The notes: generated by a model not told the origin, from the letters alone. 63,900 nt of DNA, filler included, from an uncultured bacterium (GCA_964543655.1; 8 parts of 8 records of this genome joined end to end with filler, not necessarily neighbours in it), one strand, 5' to 3'. Counted from the whole stretch's first letter, positions 20,473 to 32,006 are shown. Numbers and translations are program-made.

Positions 20473-20473
20473 A

Positions 20474-20573
20474 NNNNNNNNNNNNNNNNNNNNNNNNNNN
20501 NNNNNNNNNNNNNNNNNTTAATTAATTAANNNNNNNNNNNNNNNNNNNNNNNNNNNNNNNNNNNNNNNNNNNN
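20474..20573. other. Artificial contig linker
   Basis: N44-TTAATTAATTAA-N44, with stops in all six frames. Confidence 0.98.
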
Positions 20574-21010
20574 TCAACTTTTCCTTCAAGAACATAGATA
20601 AATTCTTCTCCTTCATGAGCATAAGGCTTCTCATTTTTAATTGTTTCTGGCTCAAGTGTCACTATAAAAGGCTCTAACTTTCTGTTCTTTTTTCCCATTC
20701 CAAGAGATTTATAGTTGTATCCATACCTTGTAATTCCATCTTTTGAAGCAAATCTTGCAACTTTTTCACCTTCTCCTTTTTTTGTAATGCAGAAGGAATC
20801 TTTCCCTTCAACACCAAAAAATACACCAATATCCACACCAAGTCCCTTTGCTATTTTAAAAAGTGTGCCCAATGATGGAGATTCAAGATGATTTTCTATT
20901 TGTGATAAAATAGCAGATGAGTACCCTGTTATTTTACTAAGCTCCTGCAAACTTAATCCTTTTTCCTCTCTAATGCTCTTTATTTTTTCAGCTATATTGA
21001 CTTTTTCCAT
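20574..21010 (-). CDS. XRE-family HTH + cupin transcriptional regulator, 3' truncated
   Basis: IKSIREEKGLSLQELS..LSQIEN..PSL.TL HTH and HEGEEFIYVLEG cupin. Confidence 0.9.
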
Positions 21011-21027
21011 TTTTCACCTCGCAAATA

Positions 21028-21570
21028 TTATTTAACATAATTAAAGCCAAAATCAATTGCTTTAATATTGTCAGGAATATATTTTTGATTCCTTTCTGAA
21101 ATAACGTTATTTAAAGATTGTTTTAAAATATCAAGCTCAACAACTTTTGTGAGCTTAACAAAAGCACCAATAGCTATCATATTTGCAAGACGAGGTGAGC
21201 CACTTATATCCATAGATAATTCATTCATTGGAAGATTAATTACCTGAATATCATCTCTATTAACTTCACCATCTTCAATTAATGAAGAATTAAAAATTAG
21301 CAATCCATCCTTTTCCAATCTTGGTTGAAATTTATCAAGAGAAGGCTTATTCATAATAATAAGTGATTTGGGATTGCCAACTATAGGACTTCCAATCTCC
21401 TCATCTGAAATAACCACTGTGCAATTTGCAGTGCCACCTCTCATTTCAACTCCATATGATGGGAAAAAAGAAACATTTTTACCAGAATTCATAGCAGCAT
21501 AAGCTAATAAATTGCCAATTAGCATAACTCCTTGACCACCAAAACCAGCCATTACAACATCAAAATACAT
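21028..21570 (-). CDS. 2-oxoacid:ferredoxin oxidoreductase gamma subunit
   Basis: [21 protein letters not shown]. Confidence 0.92.
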   Translation of the reverse strand: MYFDVVMAGFGGQGVMLIGNLLAYAAMNSGKNVSFFPSYGVEMRGGTANCTVVISDEEIGSPIVGNPKSLIIMNKPSLDKFQPRLEKDGLLIFNSSLIEDGEVNRDDIQVINLPMNELSMDISGSPRLANMIAIGAFVKLTKVVELDILKQSLNNVISERNQKYIPDNIKAIDFGFNYVK

Positions 21571-21588
21571 AAGTAACCTCCAGATTAT

Positions 21589-22341
21589 TTATAATTCATC
21601 AATTACATTTTTTTCTTTAAAGATTCCCAATGGATAGTAAGGAATCATCTCTTCTTCTATCTTTTTATTTGCTTCAAGTGGAGAAACTCCCCAGTTAGTT
21701 GGGCATGATGACAATATTTCAACAAATGAGAATCCAACCTTTTTATTTTGTATTTCAAAAGCTTTTAAAATAGCTTTTCTTGCTTTTCTTAAATTAGCAA
21801 TTTTATCAACAGCAAATCTTCCTGAAAAAGCAACTCCTTCAAGGGTTGCAAGCATTTCTGCCATTTTAATAGGATACCCATCTCTCATAAAATCTCTACC
21901 ATATGGAGAAGTTGTACTTTTCTGACCAAGTAGAGTTGTGGGAGCCATCTGACCACCTGTCATCCCATATATTGCATTATTTACAAAAATAACAGTAAAA
22001 TGCTCTCCTCTATTAGCAGCATGAATTATCTCAGCAGTACCAATAGCAGCAAGGTCACCATCTCCCTGATAAGTAAAAACAAATTTATCAGGCTGTGCTC
22101 TTTTAACTCCTGTTGCAACAGCAGCAGCTCTTCCATGTGGCGACTCCACAACATCAACATTAAAATAATCATAAAGAAAAACACTGCAACCAACAGAAGC
22201 TACACCTATTGTTTTCTCTCTTAAATCATAATAATCAATAGCCTCTGCAATTAATTTATGTATTATCCCATGATGACAACCAGGACAAAAGTGAAAAGGT
22301 TTATCTTTTAAACTTTTTGGTTTTGTATAAACAGCTTTCAT
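21589..22341 (-). CDS. 2-oxoacid:ferredoxin oxidoreductase beta (TPP-binding) subunit, Vor type
   Basis: [29 protein letters not shown]. Start placed after a GGAGG SD. Confidence 0.92.
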   Translation of the reverse strand: MKAVYTKPKSLKDKPFHFCPGCHHGIIHKLIAEAIDYYDLREKTIGVASVGCSVFLYDYFNVDVVESPHGRAAAVATGVKRAQPDKFVFTYQGDGDLAAIGTAEIIHAANRGEHFTVIFVNNAIYGMTGGQMAPTTLLGQKSTTSPYGRDFMRDGYPIKMAEMLATLEGVAFSGRFAVDKIANLRKARKAILKAFEIQNKKVGFSFVEILSSCPTNWGVSPLEANKKIEEEMIPYYPLGIFKEKNVIDEL

Positions 22342-22355
22342 ATTATCCTCCATAA

Positions 22356-23408
22356 TTATTGTGCAATAATTTCTTTAAGCAATTCTTCTGGATTCACTAT
22401 TGTGCCGCCAGGTCTTGCATAAAGTTTTACCTTAACCCCCTCTGATACTGACAATTTTACATCTTCTACCATTTGGCCAGTATTTGTTTCAAAAACAAGA
22501 ACATTTTTTATTTTCTCAGTTAGTTTTTTTATAATCTCTTCAGGAAAAGGGAAAAGTGTAATAGGCCTAAGTAGAGTTACCTTTTTACCCATATCCCTTG
22601 CTTTAAAAAGAGCTGTCTTTGCAATTCTTGCGCAGCTTCCTGCAGCAATCAGTAAAAGTTCTGCATCTTCTCCACCATTTAACTCATACATACAATCATT
22701 CTTTTTTAACTTTTCATACTTTTCCCAGAGATGCTTAATATGTCTCTCCATTTCACCATCTCCAAGAAAAAGAGATTTAATACACTTACCATCTCTACCT
22801 TTAGCACCTGTTAATGCCCACGATTTGTCATATTCGTTAATAGGCTCAGGTGGAATTCTGTAAAGAGGCTCTTTTATCTGTCCCAGTATAGCATCAGCAA
22901 GTATAATTACCACCATTCTATATTTATCAGCAAGGTTAAAAGCTTTAAAAGTGAGATTATAAAGCTCCTGAACAGAATGTGGAGACAAAACTATATTTCT
23001 GTAATCACCATGTCCTCCACCTTTAACAGCCTGAAAATAATCTCCCTGAGTTGCATTAATCCCACCAAGACCTGGACCAGTTCTTGTCATATTTATTATT
23101 ACAGCTGGAAGTTCATCACCTGCAAGGTATGATATACCTTCCTGCATTAAAGAAATACCTGGACTTGATGAAGATGTCATAACTCTAACACCAGTTGCAG
23201 CAGCACCAATTAGCATGTTAACAGAAGCTATTTCACTTTCTGCCTGGAGAAAATAACCATCAACTTTTGGAAAATGCTCAGCAAGATATTCTGGAATCTC
23301 ATTTTGCGGAGTAATTGGATAGCCAAAATAGTGTCTGCAACCTGCATCAATTGCTGCCATAGCAATAGCTTCTGTGCCTTTTGCTAAAATTTTATTTTTC
23401 TCTGACAT
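22356..23408 (-). CDS. vorB: 2-oxoacid (ketoisovalerate):ferredoxin oxidoreductase alpha subunit
   Basis: GYPITPQ, QAESE, TSSSSPG, GPGLG, GGGHGDY. Confidence 0.85.
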   Translation of the reverse strand: MSEKNKILAKGTEAIAMAAIDAGCRHYFGYPITPQNEIPEYLAEHFPKVDGYFLQAESEIASVNMLIGAAATGVRVMTSSSSPGISLMQEGISYLAGDELPAVIINMTRTGPGLGGINATQGDYFQAVKGGGHGDYRNIVLSPHSVQELYNLTFKAFNLADKYRMVVIILADAILGQIKEPLYRIPPEPINEYDKSWALTGAKGRDGKCIKSLFLGDGEMERHIKHLWEKYEKLKKNDCMYELNGGEDAELLLIAAGSCARIAKTALFKARDMGKKVTLLRPITLFPFPEEIIKKLTEKIKNVLVFETNTGQMVEDVKLSVSEGVKVKLYARPGGTIVNPEELLKEIIAQ

Positions 23409-23420
23409 TAAATCCTCCTT

Positions 23421-23624
23421 TTATTTCCAAACTTCAATTGCAACATCAGGACAAATGTTAGCGCACATGCCACAGCCAATACATTTGTCTCGGTCAGTTA
23501 TTTCAATATATTGATAACCTTTTATATTTATACTTTTTCCTAATGATAAAATCTCCTTAGGACAGACAGTTGTGCATAACTCGCAACCTTTGCATAAATC
23601 AATATGAATTTTAATTTCAGCCAT
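23421..23624 (-). CDS. 2[4Fe-4S] ferredoxin (delta subunit)
   Basis: CKGCELCTTVCP and CIGCGMCANICP. Confidence 0.92.
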   Translation of the reverse strand: MAEIKIHIDLCKGCELCTTVCPKEILSLGKSINIKGYQYIEITDRDKCIGCGMCANICPDVAIEVWK

Positions 23625-25485
23625 TTAACACTCCTTTTATCACTGATTTAATATTTTCTGAATTAAGACCATACTTTTCCCTTAAATAATTCTGGGTGCC
23701 ATGCTCTACAAACTTATCCTCTATACCCAAAATTTTAAAATTTTTAAATTGAAAAATATTATTATCTGCTGCAAACTCTAAAATAGCGCTTCCAGCACCA
23801 CCTGCTTTAACATTTTCCTCCACTACAATAACATTTTCAAATCTTTTTAATTTATCAATTAAAATTTTATCTAACGGCTTAATAAATCTCAAATTTATCA
23901 ATTCTACATCATTCCCAAAAGATTCAACAGCACTTAAAACCTCATTAAACAGATGACCAACTGAGATAACAAGAACTTTGCTTCCCTCCTGAATTACTTC
24001 ACATCTGCCAATATCAATAACTTTAAATTCAGTATCAAGATTAACACCGGCACCTGTACCCCTTGGATATCTTATTGCAACAGGTTGGTTTAACTTGGTT
24101 GCAGTAAAAAGCATATGCTGTAACTCATTTTCATCTTTTGGTGCCATTAATATCATATTCGGGATATGCCTTAAATATGATATATCAAAAAGGCCATGAT
24201 GTGTTGGGCCATCTTCACCAACTATCCCTGCCCTATCAAGAGCAAATATAACATGAAGATTTTGCAAAGCAACATCATGCACAATCATATCGTATGCTCT
24301 CTGGAGAAAAGTTGAGTAAATTGCAACCACAGGGATAAATCCTTGAGTTGCAAGGCCTGCTGCAAATGTAACTCCATGCTGCTCTGAAATACCCACATCA
24401 AAGCATCTATCTGGAAACTCCTTTGCAAATTTTTCAAGGCCTGTACCTGATGGCATTGCCGCAGTAATTGCAACAATTTTTTCATTACTCTTTGCTATTT
24501 TACTGATTGTATGTGAAAAAATTTCAGTATAAGTTGGAACAGAGGATTTTTTCTTGCTGACTCCTGTCTCTATTTTAAATGCACCAATACCATGAAATTT
24601 AGTAGGCGAATTTTCAGCAAATTCATAACCTTTTCCTTTGGTGGTGTAAACATGCACAAGTACTGGTTTATTGAGAAATCTAACATTATCAAATGTTTCA
24701 AGAAGTAAATCTATGTTATGTCCATCAACAGGTCCAACATACTGATAACCTAATTCCTCAAATATTATTCCAGGTGGGATAACAAAACCTTTAACACTTG
24801 TTTCTGCATGCTTAATAAATTTTCGCAAAGATTCACCAACACCACCAGGAATTAATTGTAAAGTTCTCTTTATATCATCTCTTATCTTTGTAATAACTTT
24901 CCCTGTCATAATCCTGTTAAGATAAGATGCAAGGCCACCAACATTTTTGGAAATTGACATTTCATTGTCATTTAAAACCACTATAAAATCTCTATCAACT
25001 GCCCCAGAATAGTTTAGTGCCTCAAGAGCAATACCAGCTGTTAATGAGCCATCTCCAATTACTGATACCACCTTAAAACCTTCATTTAAAAGGTCTCTTC
25101 CTGTGGCAATGCCTATCCCTGCTGAAATAGACGTGCTGCTATGGCCAGTGCCAAATACATCGTATATACTTTCTTCCCTTTTTGGAAAACCACTAATACC
25201 ATTAATCTGTCTAATTGTGGGAAATTTATCTTTTCTATCAGTGAGTATTTTATGAATATAACTTTGATGACCAACATCCCATATTATTTTATCATAAGGT
25301 AAGTTAAACGTGTATAGCAGCGCTATTGCAAGCTCAACAATTCCTAAGTTGCTTGCAAGATGTCCACCATTTTTGGAAATTACATTTATAACAAATTTTC
25401 TAAGCTCATCTGCTAATTCTGGTAATTCTTTTATATCAAGCTTTTTAAAATCATTATATGTGGAAATTTTACTTAAAATGTCCAT
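23617..25485 (-). CDS. dxs: 1-deoxy-D-xylulose-5-phosphate synthase
   Basis: GGHLASNLG, WDVGHQ, GDGSLT, DRAGIVGEDGPTH. Confidence 0.97.
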   Translation of the reverse strand: MDILSKISTYNDFKKLDIKELPELADELRKFVINVISKNGGHLASNLGIVELAIALLYTFNLPYDKIIWDVGHQSYIHKILTDRKDKFPTIRQINGISGFPKREESIYDVFGTGHSSTSISAGIGIATGRDLLNEGFKVVSVIGDGSLTAGIALEALNYSGAVDRDFIVVLNDNEMSISKNVGGLASYLNRIMTGKVITKIRDDIKRTLQLIPGGVGESLRKFIKHAETSVKGFVIPPGIIFEELGYQYVGPVDGHNIDLLLETFDNVRFLNKPVLVHVYTTKGKGYEFAENSPTKFHGIGAFKIETGVSKKKSSVPTYTEIFSHTISKIAKSNEKIVAITAAMPSGTGLEKFAKEFPDRCFDVGISEQHGVTFAAGLATQGFIPVVAIYSTFLQRAYDMIVHDVALQNLHVIFALDRAGIVGEDGPTHHGLFDISYLRHIPNMILMAPKDENELQHMLFTATKLNQPVAIRYPRGTGAGVNLDTEFKVIDIGRCEVIQEGSKVLVISVGHLFNEVLSAVESFGNDVELINLRFIKPLDKILIDKLKRFENVIVVEENVKAGGAGSAILEFAADNNIFQFKNFKILGIEDKFVEHGTQNYLREKYGLNSENIKSVIKGVLNG

Positions 25486-26387
25486 TAACTCATTCTCTCC
25501 TGGATAAAATCAGATAGATGATTTAAAATATCTCCCTTTTCTTTTAAAAATGAAATTTCTTTTTTAGCATTATATATTAAATCTCCTGCAATTTCCTTTG
25601 ATTTATCTATACCAAAAATAGATGGATATGTAGATTTGTTTTTTTTCTCATCACTTTTGCTACTTTTACCCAGTTGCTCAAGGTTGCCTGTAATATCAAG
25701 AATATCATCTACTATTTGAAATGCAAGACCAACTTTATATCCAAAATTAATAAACTTTTTTATTATTTCATCTCTATCTGTTGAAATTCTTGCACCTGAA
25801 TAAATTGATGCTGTAATTAATTTAGCTGTTTTATTAATATGAATCTCCTTAACAACATATTCATCAGCATCAATATTTTCATACAACAGGTCAAGAGCTT
25901 GACCACCTACCATACCAGAGGCACCACTGCATTTTGCAATAAAATTTGCAATATCCAACATTGTAACACAATCAATATTAATAAACAATTCTCTATTTGT
26001 TAAAATATTAAAAGCCTCTGTTAACAGCCCGTCACCAGCAAGGATTGCCATTCCTTCACCAAATTTTTTATGATTGGTAAGTTTTCCCCGCCTATAATCA
26101 TCATCATCCATAGCAGGCAAATCATCATGGATTAATGAATAGGTATGGATAAATTCTATAGCACACCCAACAGTAAGTGCATCTTTAAGATTGCCATTGA
26201 GGCTTTCTGCTACAGCATAGGTAAGAATTGGCCTTAATCTTTTACCACCTGCAAACAGGCTGTAGAGCATTGCTTCTTTTAGTTTTTCAGGTGTATCTTG
26301 CAAAATTATCTCTGCAATCTCTTTAAGTCGCTGCTCAACTATACTTTGCTTATCTTTTAGATATTTAACAAAATTATTCATTTTCAA
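25485..26387 (-). CDS. ispA: Farnesyl diphosphate synthase
   Basis: GGKRLRP, HDDLPAMDDDDYRRG, FQIVDD. Confidence 0.93.
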   Translation of the reverse strand: MKMNNFVKYLKDKQSIVEQRLKEIAEIILQDTPEKLKEAMLYSLFAGGKRLRPILTYAVAESLNGNLKDALTVGCAIEFIHTYSLIHDDLPAMDDDDYRRGKLTNHKKFGEGMAILAGDGLLTEAFNILTNRELFINIDCVTMLDIANFIAKCSGASGMVGGQALDLLYENIDADEYVVKEIHINKTAKLITASIYSGARISTDRDEIIKKFINFGYKVGLAFQIVDDILDITGNLEQLGKSSKSDEKKNKSTYPSIFGIDKSKEIAGDLIYNAKKEISFLKEKGDILNHLSDFIQERMS

Positions 26388-26598
26388 ATGTAATATCTTT
26401 AAAATCTTTTATCTCATCTCCAAGTATTACTTTAACTTTTTCTTCTATTTTACTTAATTTCTCATTGCACTTTTTAGAAAGTTTTAATCCTTCTTCAAAA
26501 AGCTTTAAAGATTCTTCTAAAGGTATTTCGCCTCTTTCCAATATTTCAACTATTTCTTCCAATCTTTTTAATGAATTTTCAAAAGTTGCACCTTTCAT
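26374..26598 (-). CDS. xseB: Exodeoxyribonuclease VII small subunit
   Basis: FENSLKRLEEIV..LE.GE.PLEESL..FEEG. Classic xseB-ispA-dxs synteny. Start follows an AGGAG SD. Confidence 0.93.
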   Translation of the reverse strand: MKGATFENSLKRLEEIVEILERGEIPLEESLKLFEEGLKLSKKCNEKLSKIEEKVKVILGDEIKDFKDITFENE

Positions 26599-26619
26599 AT
26601 TAACTCCTGATTGCAAATT

Positions 26620-27348
26620 TCAAACAAAAGGATATCCAACTGGTGATAAATATAAACAGCTTTCATTAATACCATCAAGGTCAAATATCTCATTTAACTC
26701 ATCATCAAAAAAAGCACCTATCTGACATGAGCCAAGTTCAAGGTAAACTGCTGAGAGAGCAAGATTTTCTGCTATATGCCCAACATCAATAAATATATAT
26801 CTGTAAGCTCTCTCCTTATACTTCCACTTTGACCTGAAAAAAATAGCACTCCACACAAAAATAACAGAAGCTTTTCTGCAAAAATATTGATTAAGTGCTG
26901 CAAAAGATAGTGCAGCAGAAAAATCTCCAACTTTTAACAATTCCAATGAATGTTTCCTGATATTGTAATGATAAATTCCTTGTTTTAAATCAACAACATT
27001 ATTTACAACAAGATAGGTTTCTATGGGATATAAAGCTCCAGCTGAAGGAGCTGTCCTAAAAAGGTAACCTGCTTCTTCCCGTTGAATCCCTGTTGAGCAC
27101 CAGAGGAGAAAGGATAATTTTTCCAGCTCAAGTGGCTTAAAAAGATACTTTCTAACACTCTTTCTCTTTTTTAATAAATCTTTTAATGAAATATTATTTT
27201 CAAAGGAAAATGAAGGTAATTCTACTAATGGTGCTTCACTATACTCTTTATATAGTTCAGGTTTACTTTCCCAGTCAAGAGTTCCACCTGAGAGAGTATC
27301 CCTGTGATACTTTGTTTCTAAAAAATATTTATCTCCTATTTCATTCAT
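26620..27348 (-). CDS. SagB/ThcOx-family nitroreductase-like dehydrogenase
   Basis: RKSVRKY, RTAPSAGALYP, GHIAEN, GAFFDD. Confidence 0.88.
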   Translation of the reverse strand: MNEIGDKYFLETKYHRDTLSGGTLDWESKPELYKEYSEAPLVELPSFSFENNISLKDLLKKRKSVRKYLFKPLELEKLSFLLWCSTGIQREEAGYLFRTAPSAGALYPIETYLVVNNVVDLKQGIYHYNIRKHSLELLKVGDFSAALSFAALNQYFCRKASVIFVWSAIFFRSKWKYKERAYRYIFIDVGHIAENLALSAVYLELGSCQIGAFFDDELNEIFDLDGINESCLYLSPVGYPFV

Positions 27349-27431
27349 TAGTTCTTTTTATCATTAAATAATCTAAAAATCAAATGCTAAAAAATATTGC
27401 TTCATTTTTTTTTATATGGTATTAAATAAAT

Positions 27432-27527
27432 ATGGAAGCATTAATCATAGTAGATATGACAAGAGATAATCTTACAGGATTAATGGGTGAGCGTGCAGAA
27501 AAAATCATTCCAGTAATTAACAGATTA
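27432..27527 (+). CDS. Isochorismatase/cysteine hydrolase family, N-terminal fragment
   Basis: MEALIIVDMTRD...AEKIIPVINRL, cut by the linker. Confidence 0.65.
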
Positions 27528-27627
27528 NNNNNNNNNNNNNNNNNNNNNNNNNNNNNNNNNNNNNNNNNNNNTTAATTAATTAANNNNNNNNNNNNNNNNN
27601 NNNNNNNNNNNNNNNNNNNNNNNNNNN
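27528..27627. other. Artificial contig linker
   Basis: N44-TTAATTAATTAA-N44. Confidence 0.98.
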
Positions 27628-27747
27628 AATTTTGAAGTTAAAAAACCTTTAATTTTTTCAGGGGAATGAAAAATTTGCTGTATTCAACATAACGAATAGT
27701 AATTGTAGAAAAATTATTATGAGCTTTTATTTTCAAAAGGAGGATTT

Positions 27748-28173
27748 ATGAATGATGAGAAAGTAGAAAAAAGGTTTGTTCTCAGGTTTTCAAAAACAAA
27801 TTGGGATAAACCAGTGGTTTACAAGTTAATAAAAGATTATAACCTAATTTTAAATATTCTAATTGCTAACGTTCTACCAAGACAGGAAAGTTATATGATT
27901 ACAGATATTTCTGGTAATAGGAAAGATTTTGAGCAGGGGCTTAAATATCTGGAAAAAGTAGGTGTTAGAATAGCATCTATAGAGCAATCAGTTGTTAGAA
28001 ATGAGGATAAATGTGTTCATTGCGGTTTCTGCACAGCGGTTTGCCCCACCAAAGCACTTTCTGTTGATAAAGAGACGAGGAAAATTATTTTTAAGCAGGA
28101 TAAATGTAGTGCTTGTGGCTGGTGTGTGAAAGTATGTCCTTATATAGCAATGGAAATGTTTTTAATGGATTAA
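27748..28173 (+). CDS. NIL domain + 2[4Fe-4S] ferredoxin
   Basis: N-terminal L.F....KPVVY.L..DYNL..NIL.A, then CVHCGFCTAVCP and CSACGWCVKVCP. Confidence 0.88.
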   Translation: MNDEKVEKRFVLRFSKTNWDKPVVYKLIKDYNLILNILIANVLPRQESYMITDISGNRKDFEQGLKYLEKVGVRIASIEQSVVRNEDKCVHCGFCTAVCPTKALSVDKETRKIIFKQDKCSACGWCVKVCPYIAMEMFLMD

Positions 28174-28175
28174 TA

Positions 28176-28781
28176 ATGAAAGTAGCTTGCCTGATTATAG
28201 CTGCTGGTGAAGCAAAAAGATTTGGTTTCCCCAAGCAGATCCTTCCGTGGAAAAATAGCACTATTTTAGGTACAGTTATTGAAGAAGCTTTAAATGCTGA
28301 TTTTTCTAATATTTTTGTTGTATTGGGTGCGCATTTTGAGAAAATTTATAGAGAACTCAGGACGCTTTTGGAAAAAACTCATGTTGTAAAAAATAATTAC
28401 TGGCAAGAAGGAATGTTTTCTTCAATAAAATGCGGATTAAAAGAGATTGAAAAATTTGAAGTGGATTATATTTTAATGCAGCTTGGTGATATGCCATTTA
28501 TTAATTCAGAGATTTTTAATAAATTTATTCAAGTTGCTGGAGAAAAAGATTTTATAGTTGCAGTTGAAAATAATAGACCAGCTCACCCATACATGTTTTC
28601 AAAAAAATTTATTCATTATATACTATCTGCTAATTTTAATAATGGAATGAGAGATTTTGTAATGGAAAAATTTGAAGATTCATTAAAGATTCCCATTAAT
28701 AGAAATATAGGAAGACAGGATATTGATACATGGGAAATTTATAAAAAATTAAAAAAATGTAAAAATTATATTGACAAATAA
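28176..28781 (+). CDS. MocA/MobA-like nucleotidyltransferase
   Basis: IAAGEAKRFG.PKQIL, GMFSSIK.G, LGDMP, DIDT. Start corrected to 28176. Confidence 0.85.
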   Translation: MKVACLIIAAGEAKRFGFPKQILPWKNSTILGTVIEEALNADFSNIFVVLGAHFEKIYRELRTLLEKTHVVKNNYWQEGMFSSIKCGLKEIEKFEVDYILMQLGDMPFINSEIFNKFIQVAGEKDFIVAVENNRPAHPYMFSKKFIHYILSANFNNGMRDFVMEKFEDSLKIPINRNIGRQDIDTWEIYKKLKKCKNYIDK

Positions 28782-28797
28782 AAGAAAGTGGTATAAA
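28771..28797 (+). promoter_or_regulatory. Likely sigma70 promoter of the str operon
   Basis: TTGACA, 15-nt spacer (short) ending in an extended -10 TGn, then TATAAA. Confidence 0.45.
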
Positions 28798-28910
28798 GGC
28801 ACATTCCTCTATTTTGAGGTTTTGATTTTTGCAAAATAGTAACGCAAATTAACCAGAGAAAGTAAACTATACTTAATTTTTAATATTTTTTAAATGAGGA
28901 TGGGGGTGCT

Positions 28911-29285
28911 ATGCCTACAATTAATCAATTAGTTAGAATAGGAAGAAAGAAAATCACTAAGAAGAGCAATGTTCCTGCTTTAAAAGCATGTCCTCAAAAG
29001 AGAGGCGTTTGTACCAGAGTTTATACTACTACACCAAAGAAACCAAATTCTGCATTAAGGAAAGTTGCAAGGGTTAGACTTACTAATGGAATAGAAGTTA
29101 CAAGTTATATACCTGGTATTGGACACAACCTGCAGGAGCACTCTGTTGTTTTAATCAGAGGTGGAAGGGTTAAAGATTTACCAGGTGTTAGGTATCACAT
29201 TATTCGAGGGACGTTGGATTGTGCAGGTGTTAGTGATAGAAAAAATGGTAGGTCAAAATATGGTACAAAAAGACCTAAAAAGTAA
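28911..29285 (+). CDS. rpsL: 30S ribosomal protein S12
   Basis: [32 protein letters not shown]. Confidence 0.99.
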   Translation: MPTINQLVRIGRKKITKKSNVPALKACPQKRGVCTRVYTTTPKKPNSALRKVARVRLTNGIEVTSYIPGIGHNLQEHSVVLIRGGRVKDLPGVRYHIIRGTLDCAGVSDRKNGRSKYGTKRPKK

Positions 29286-29302
29286 TAAAAAGGGGTAAAT
29301 AA

Positions 29303-29773
<471 letters not shown>

Positions 29774-29790
29774 AATAGGAGGTTAAAGAG

Positions 29791-31863
29791 TTGCCAAGAC
29801 AGGTTCCACTTGAGAAATGTAGAAATATAGGTATTATGGCGCATATTGATGCTGGTAAAACTACAACTACAGAGAGAATTCTCTACTATACTGGTATTAA
29901 TTATAAAATAGGTGAGGTACATGATGGTGCTGCTACAATGGATTGGATGGTTCAAGAGCAGGAGCGAGGTATTACTATTACCTCAGCAGCAACCACATGT
30001 TTTTGGAATAATTATAGAATTAACATAATAGACACACCAGGTCACGTTGACTTTACAATAGAAGTTGAAAGAGCTTTAAGAGTGCTTGATGGAGCAGTTG
30101 CTGTTTTTTGTGCTGTTGGTGGAGTGGAGCCACAGTCTGAGACAGTTTGGCGTCAGGCAGATAAATATAGAGTTCCAAGAATTGCGTTTGTTAATAAGAT
30201 GGATAGAACTGGTGCTGACTTTTTTAATGTTGTAGAAATGATGAAGAAGAGGTTAAATGCGAATCCATTACCACTTCAACTTCCAATTGGAAAAGAGGAA
30301 AACTTTGAAGGGATTGTTGACCTTTTGAAGATGAAAGCTCTCTACTTTGATGAAAATACCAAAGGCTTGAAGGTAATAGAAAAAGATATTCCTTCAGAGC
30401 TTGTAGGTAAAGCAGAGGAGATGAGAGAAGTAATACTTGAGTCTTTATCTGATCTTGATGATGAATTTGCCGAAAAGTATCTTGAAGGTGAAGAATTATC
30501 ATTAGATGAAATTAAAAAGTTGATTAGAAAATTAACAATAGATATTAAAATAATCCCAGTTTTTTGTGGTTCAGCTTTTAAAAATAAAGGAGTTCAGCCT
30601 TTATTGGATGCTGTTGTTGATTATATGCCGTCTCCAATTGATATTGCAGCAATAGAAGGCACTGATCTTGATGGTAATCCTATAGTGAGAAAAACAGATG
30701 ATAATGAACCGTTTTCAGCTTTAGCATTTAAAATTATGACTGACCCATATGTTGGTCAGCTTACATTTCTGAGAGTTTATTCAGGATGTCTTCAGAGCGG
30801 CACATCAGTTCTCAATTCTGCAAAATCAAAAACAGAGAGAATTGGTAGATTGTTGAAGATGCATGCTAATAAAAGAGAGGAAATCAAGGAAGTATACGCT
30901 GGTGATATTTGTGCTGCTGTTGGATTGAAATATACAAGTACAGGTGATACACTTTGTGATGATAAAGCACCTATTATTTTAGAGGCAATGGAATTTCCAG
31001 ATCCAGTTATCTCCATTGCAATTGAAGCAAAAACCAAAAATGACCAAGAAAAGCTTTCAATGGCTTTAAATAAATTGGCTATGGAAGATCCATCTTTTCA
31101 GGTTAGAACTGATGAAGAAACTGGTCAGACTATTATTTCTGGTATGGGTGAGTTGCATTTAGAGATTATTGTTGATAGATTAAGAAGAGAATTTAAGGTT
31201 GATTGCAATGTTGGTCAGCCTCAGGTTGCCTATAAAGAGACTATTACAAAATCTACAAGAATAGAGGGTAAATATGTAAGGCAATCTGGTGGTAGAGGTC
31301 AATATGGGCATGTATGGTTAGAACTTGAGCCGTTAGAAGCTGGTACAGGTTTTGAGTTTGTTGATAAAATAGTAGGTGGAGTGATTCCAAAAGAATATAT
31401 TCCTGCAGTTGAGGCAGGTGTGAAGGAAGCTATGGAACGAGGGATTCTTGCAGGTTATCCAGTTGTTGATGTTAAAGTAACTTTATTTGATGGATCTTAT
31501 CATGAGGTTGATTCTTCAGAAATGGCTTTTAAAATTGCTGGGTCCCAGGCATTTCAGGCAGGGGCTAAAAAGTGCTCACCAATTATTTTAGAGCCAATTA
31601 TGGATGTTGAAGTTACTGTACCAGAAGAATATATGGGTGATGTTATTGGAGATATTAACAGTAGACGAGGTAAAGTTCAGGGTATGGAATCAAGATTGAA
31701 TTTGCAAATTATTAAAGCTTTTATCCCGCTTTCTGAAATGTTTGGTTATTCTACTGTTTTAAGAAGTTTGACTCAGGGTAGAGCAACATATAGTATGCAA
31801 TTTTCACATTATGACCCAGTACCACAAAATATTTCAGAAGAATTAATAAAAAATAAACTATAA
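29791..31863 (+). CDS. fusA: Elongation factor G (TTG start)
   Basis: [26 protein letters not shown]. Confidence 0.99.
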   Translation: MPRQVPLEKCRNIGIMAHIDAGKTTTTERILYYTGINYKIGEVHDGAATMDWMVQEQERGITITSAATTCFWNNYRINIIDTPGHVDFTIEVERALRVLDGAVAVFCAVGGVEPQSETVWRQADKYRVPRIAFVNKMDRTGADFFNVVEMMKKRLNANPLPLQLPIGKEENFEGIVDLLKMKALYFDENTKGLKVIEKDIPSELVGKAEEMREVILESLSDLDDEFAEKYLEGEELSLDEIKKLIRKLTIDIKIIPVFCGSAFKNKGVQPLLDAVVDYMPSPIDIAAIEGTDLDGNPIVRKTDDNEPFSALAFKIMTDPYVGQLTFLRVYSGCLQSGTSVLNSAKSKTERIGRLLKMHANKREEIKEVYAGDICAAVGLKYTSTGDTLCDDKAPIILEAMEFPDPVISIAIEAKTKNDQEKLSMALNKLAMEDPSFQVRTDEETGQTIISGMGELHLEIIVDRLRREFKVDCNVGQPQVAYKETITKSTRIEGKYVRQSGGRGQYGHVWLELEPLEAGTGFEFVDKIVGGVIPKEYIPAVEAGVKEAMERGILAGYPVVDVKVTLFDGSYHEVDSSEMAFKIAGSQAFQAGAKKCSPIILEPIMDVEVTVPEEYMGDVIGDINSRRGKVQGMESRLNLQIIKAFIPLSEMFGYSTVLRSLTQGRATYSMQFSHYDPVPQNISEELIKNKL

Positions 31864-31884
31864 TTATATTTTAGGAGGAATAAA

Positions 31885-32006
31885 ATGAGTAAAGAAAAGT
31901 ATGAAAGGAAGAAGCCCCATGTAAACATAGGAACAATAGGGCACGTAGACCATGGGAAGACCACATTGACAGCAGCGATAACCAAGGTATTGAAGACCAA
32001 GGGATT
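31885..32006 (+). CDS. tuf: Elongation factor Tu, 5' fragment
   Basis: [36 protein letters not shown], cut by the linker. Confidence 0.97.

Noticed and set aside
19411-20473. SPASM enzyme as a peptide maturase
   Set aside because: The neighbourhood is glycan biosynthesis and no precursor peptide or RRE is visible, although the upstream region is missing.
26620-27348. RiPP (thiazole/oxazole) cluster suggested by the SagB-like gene
   Set aside because: No YcaO, precursor peptide or transporter nearby. Stand-alone members of this family are common in anaerobes.
28911-29285. Streptomycin-resistance substitutions in S12
   Set aside because: PKKPNS and RVKDLP are wild type.
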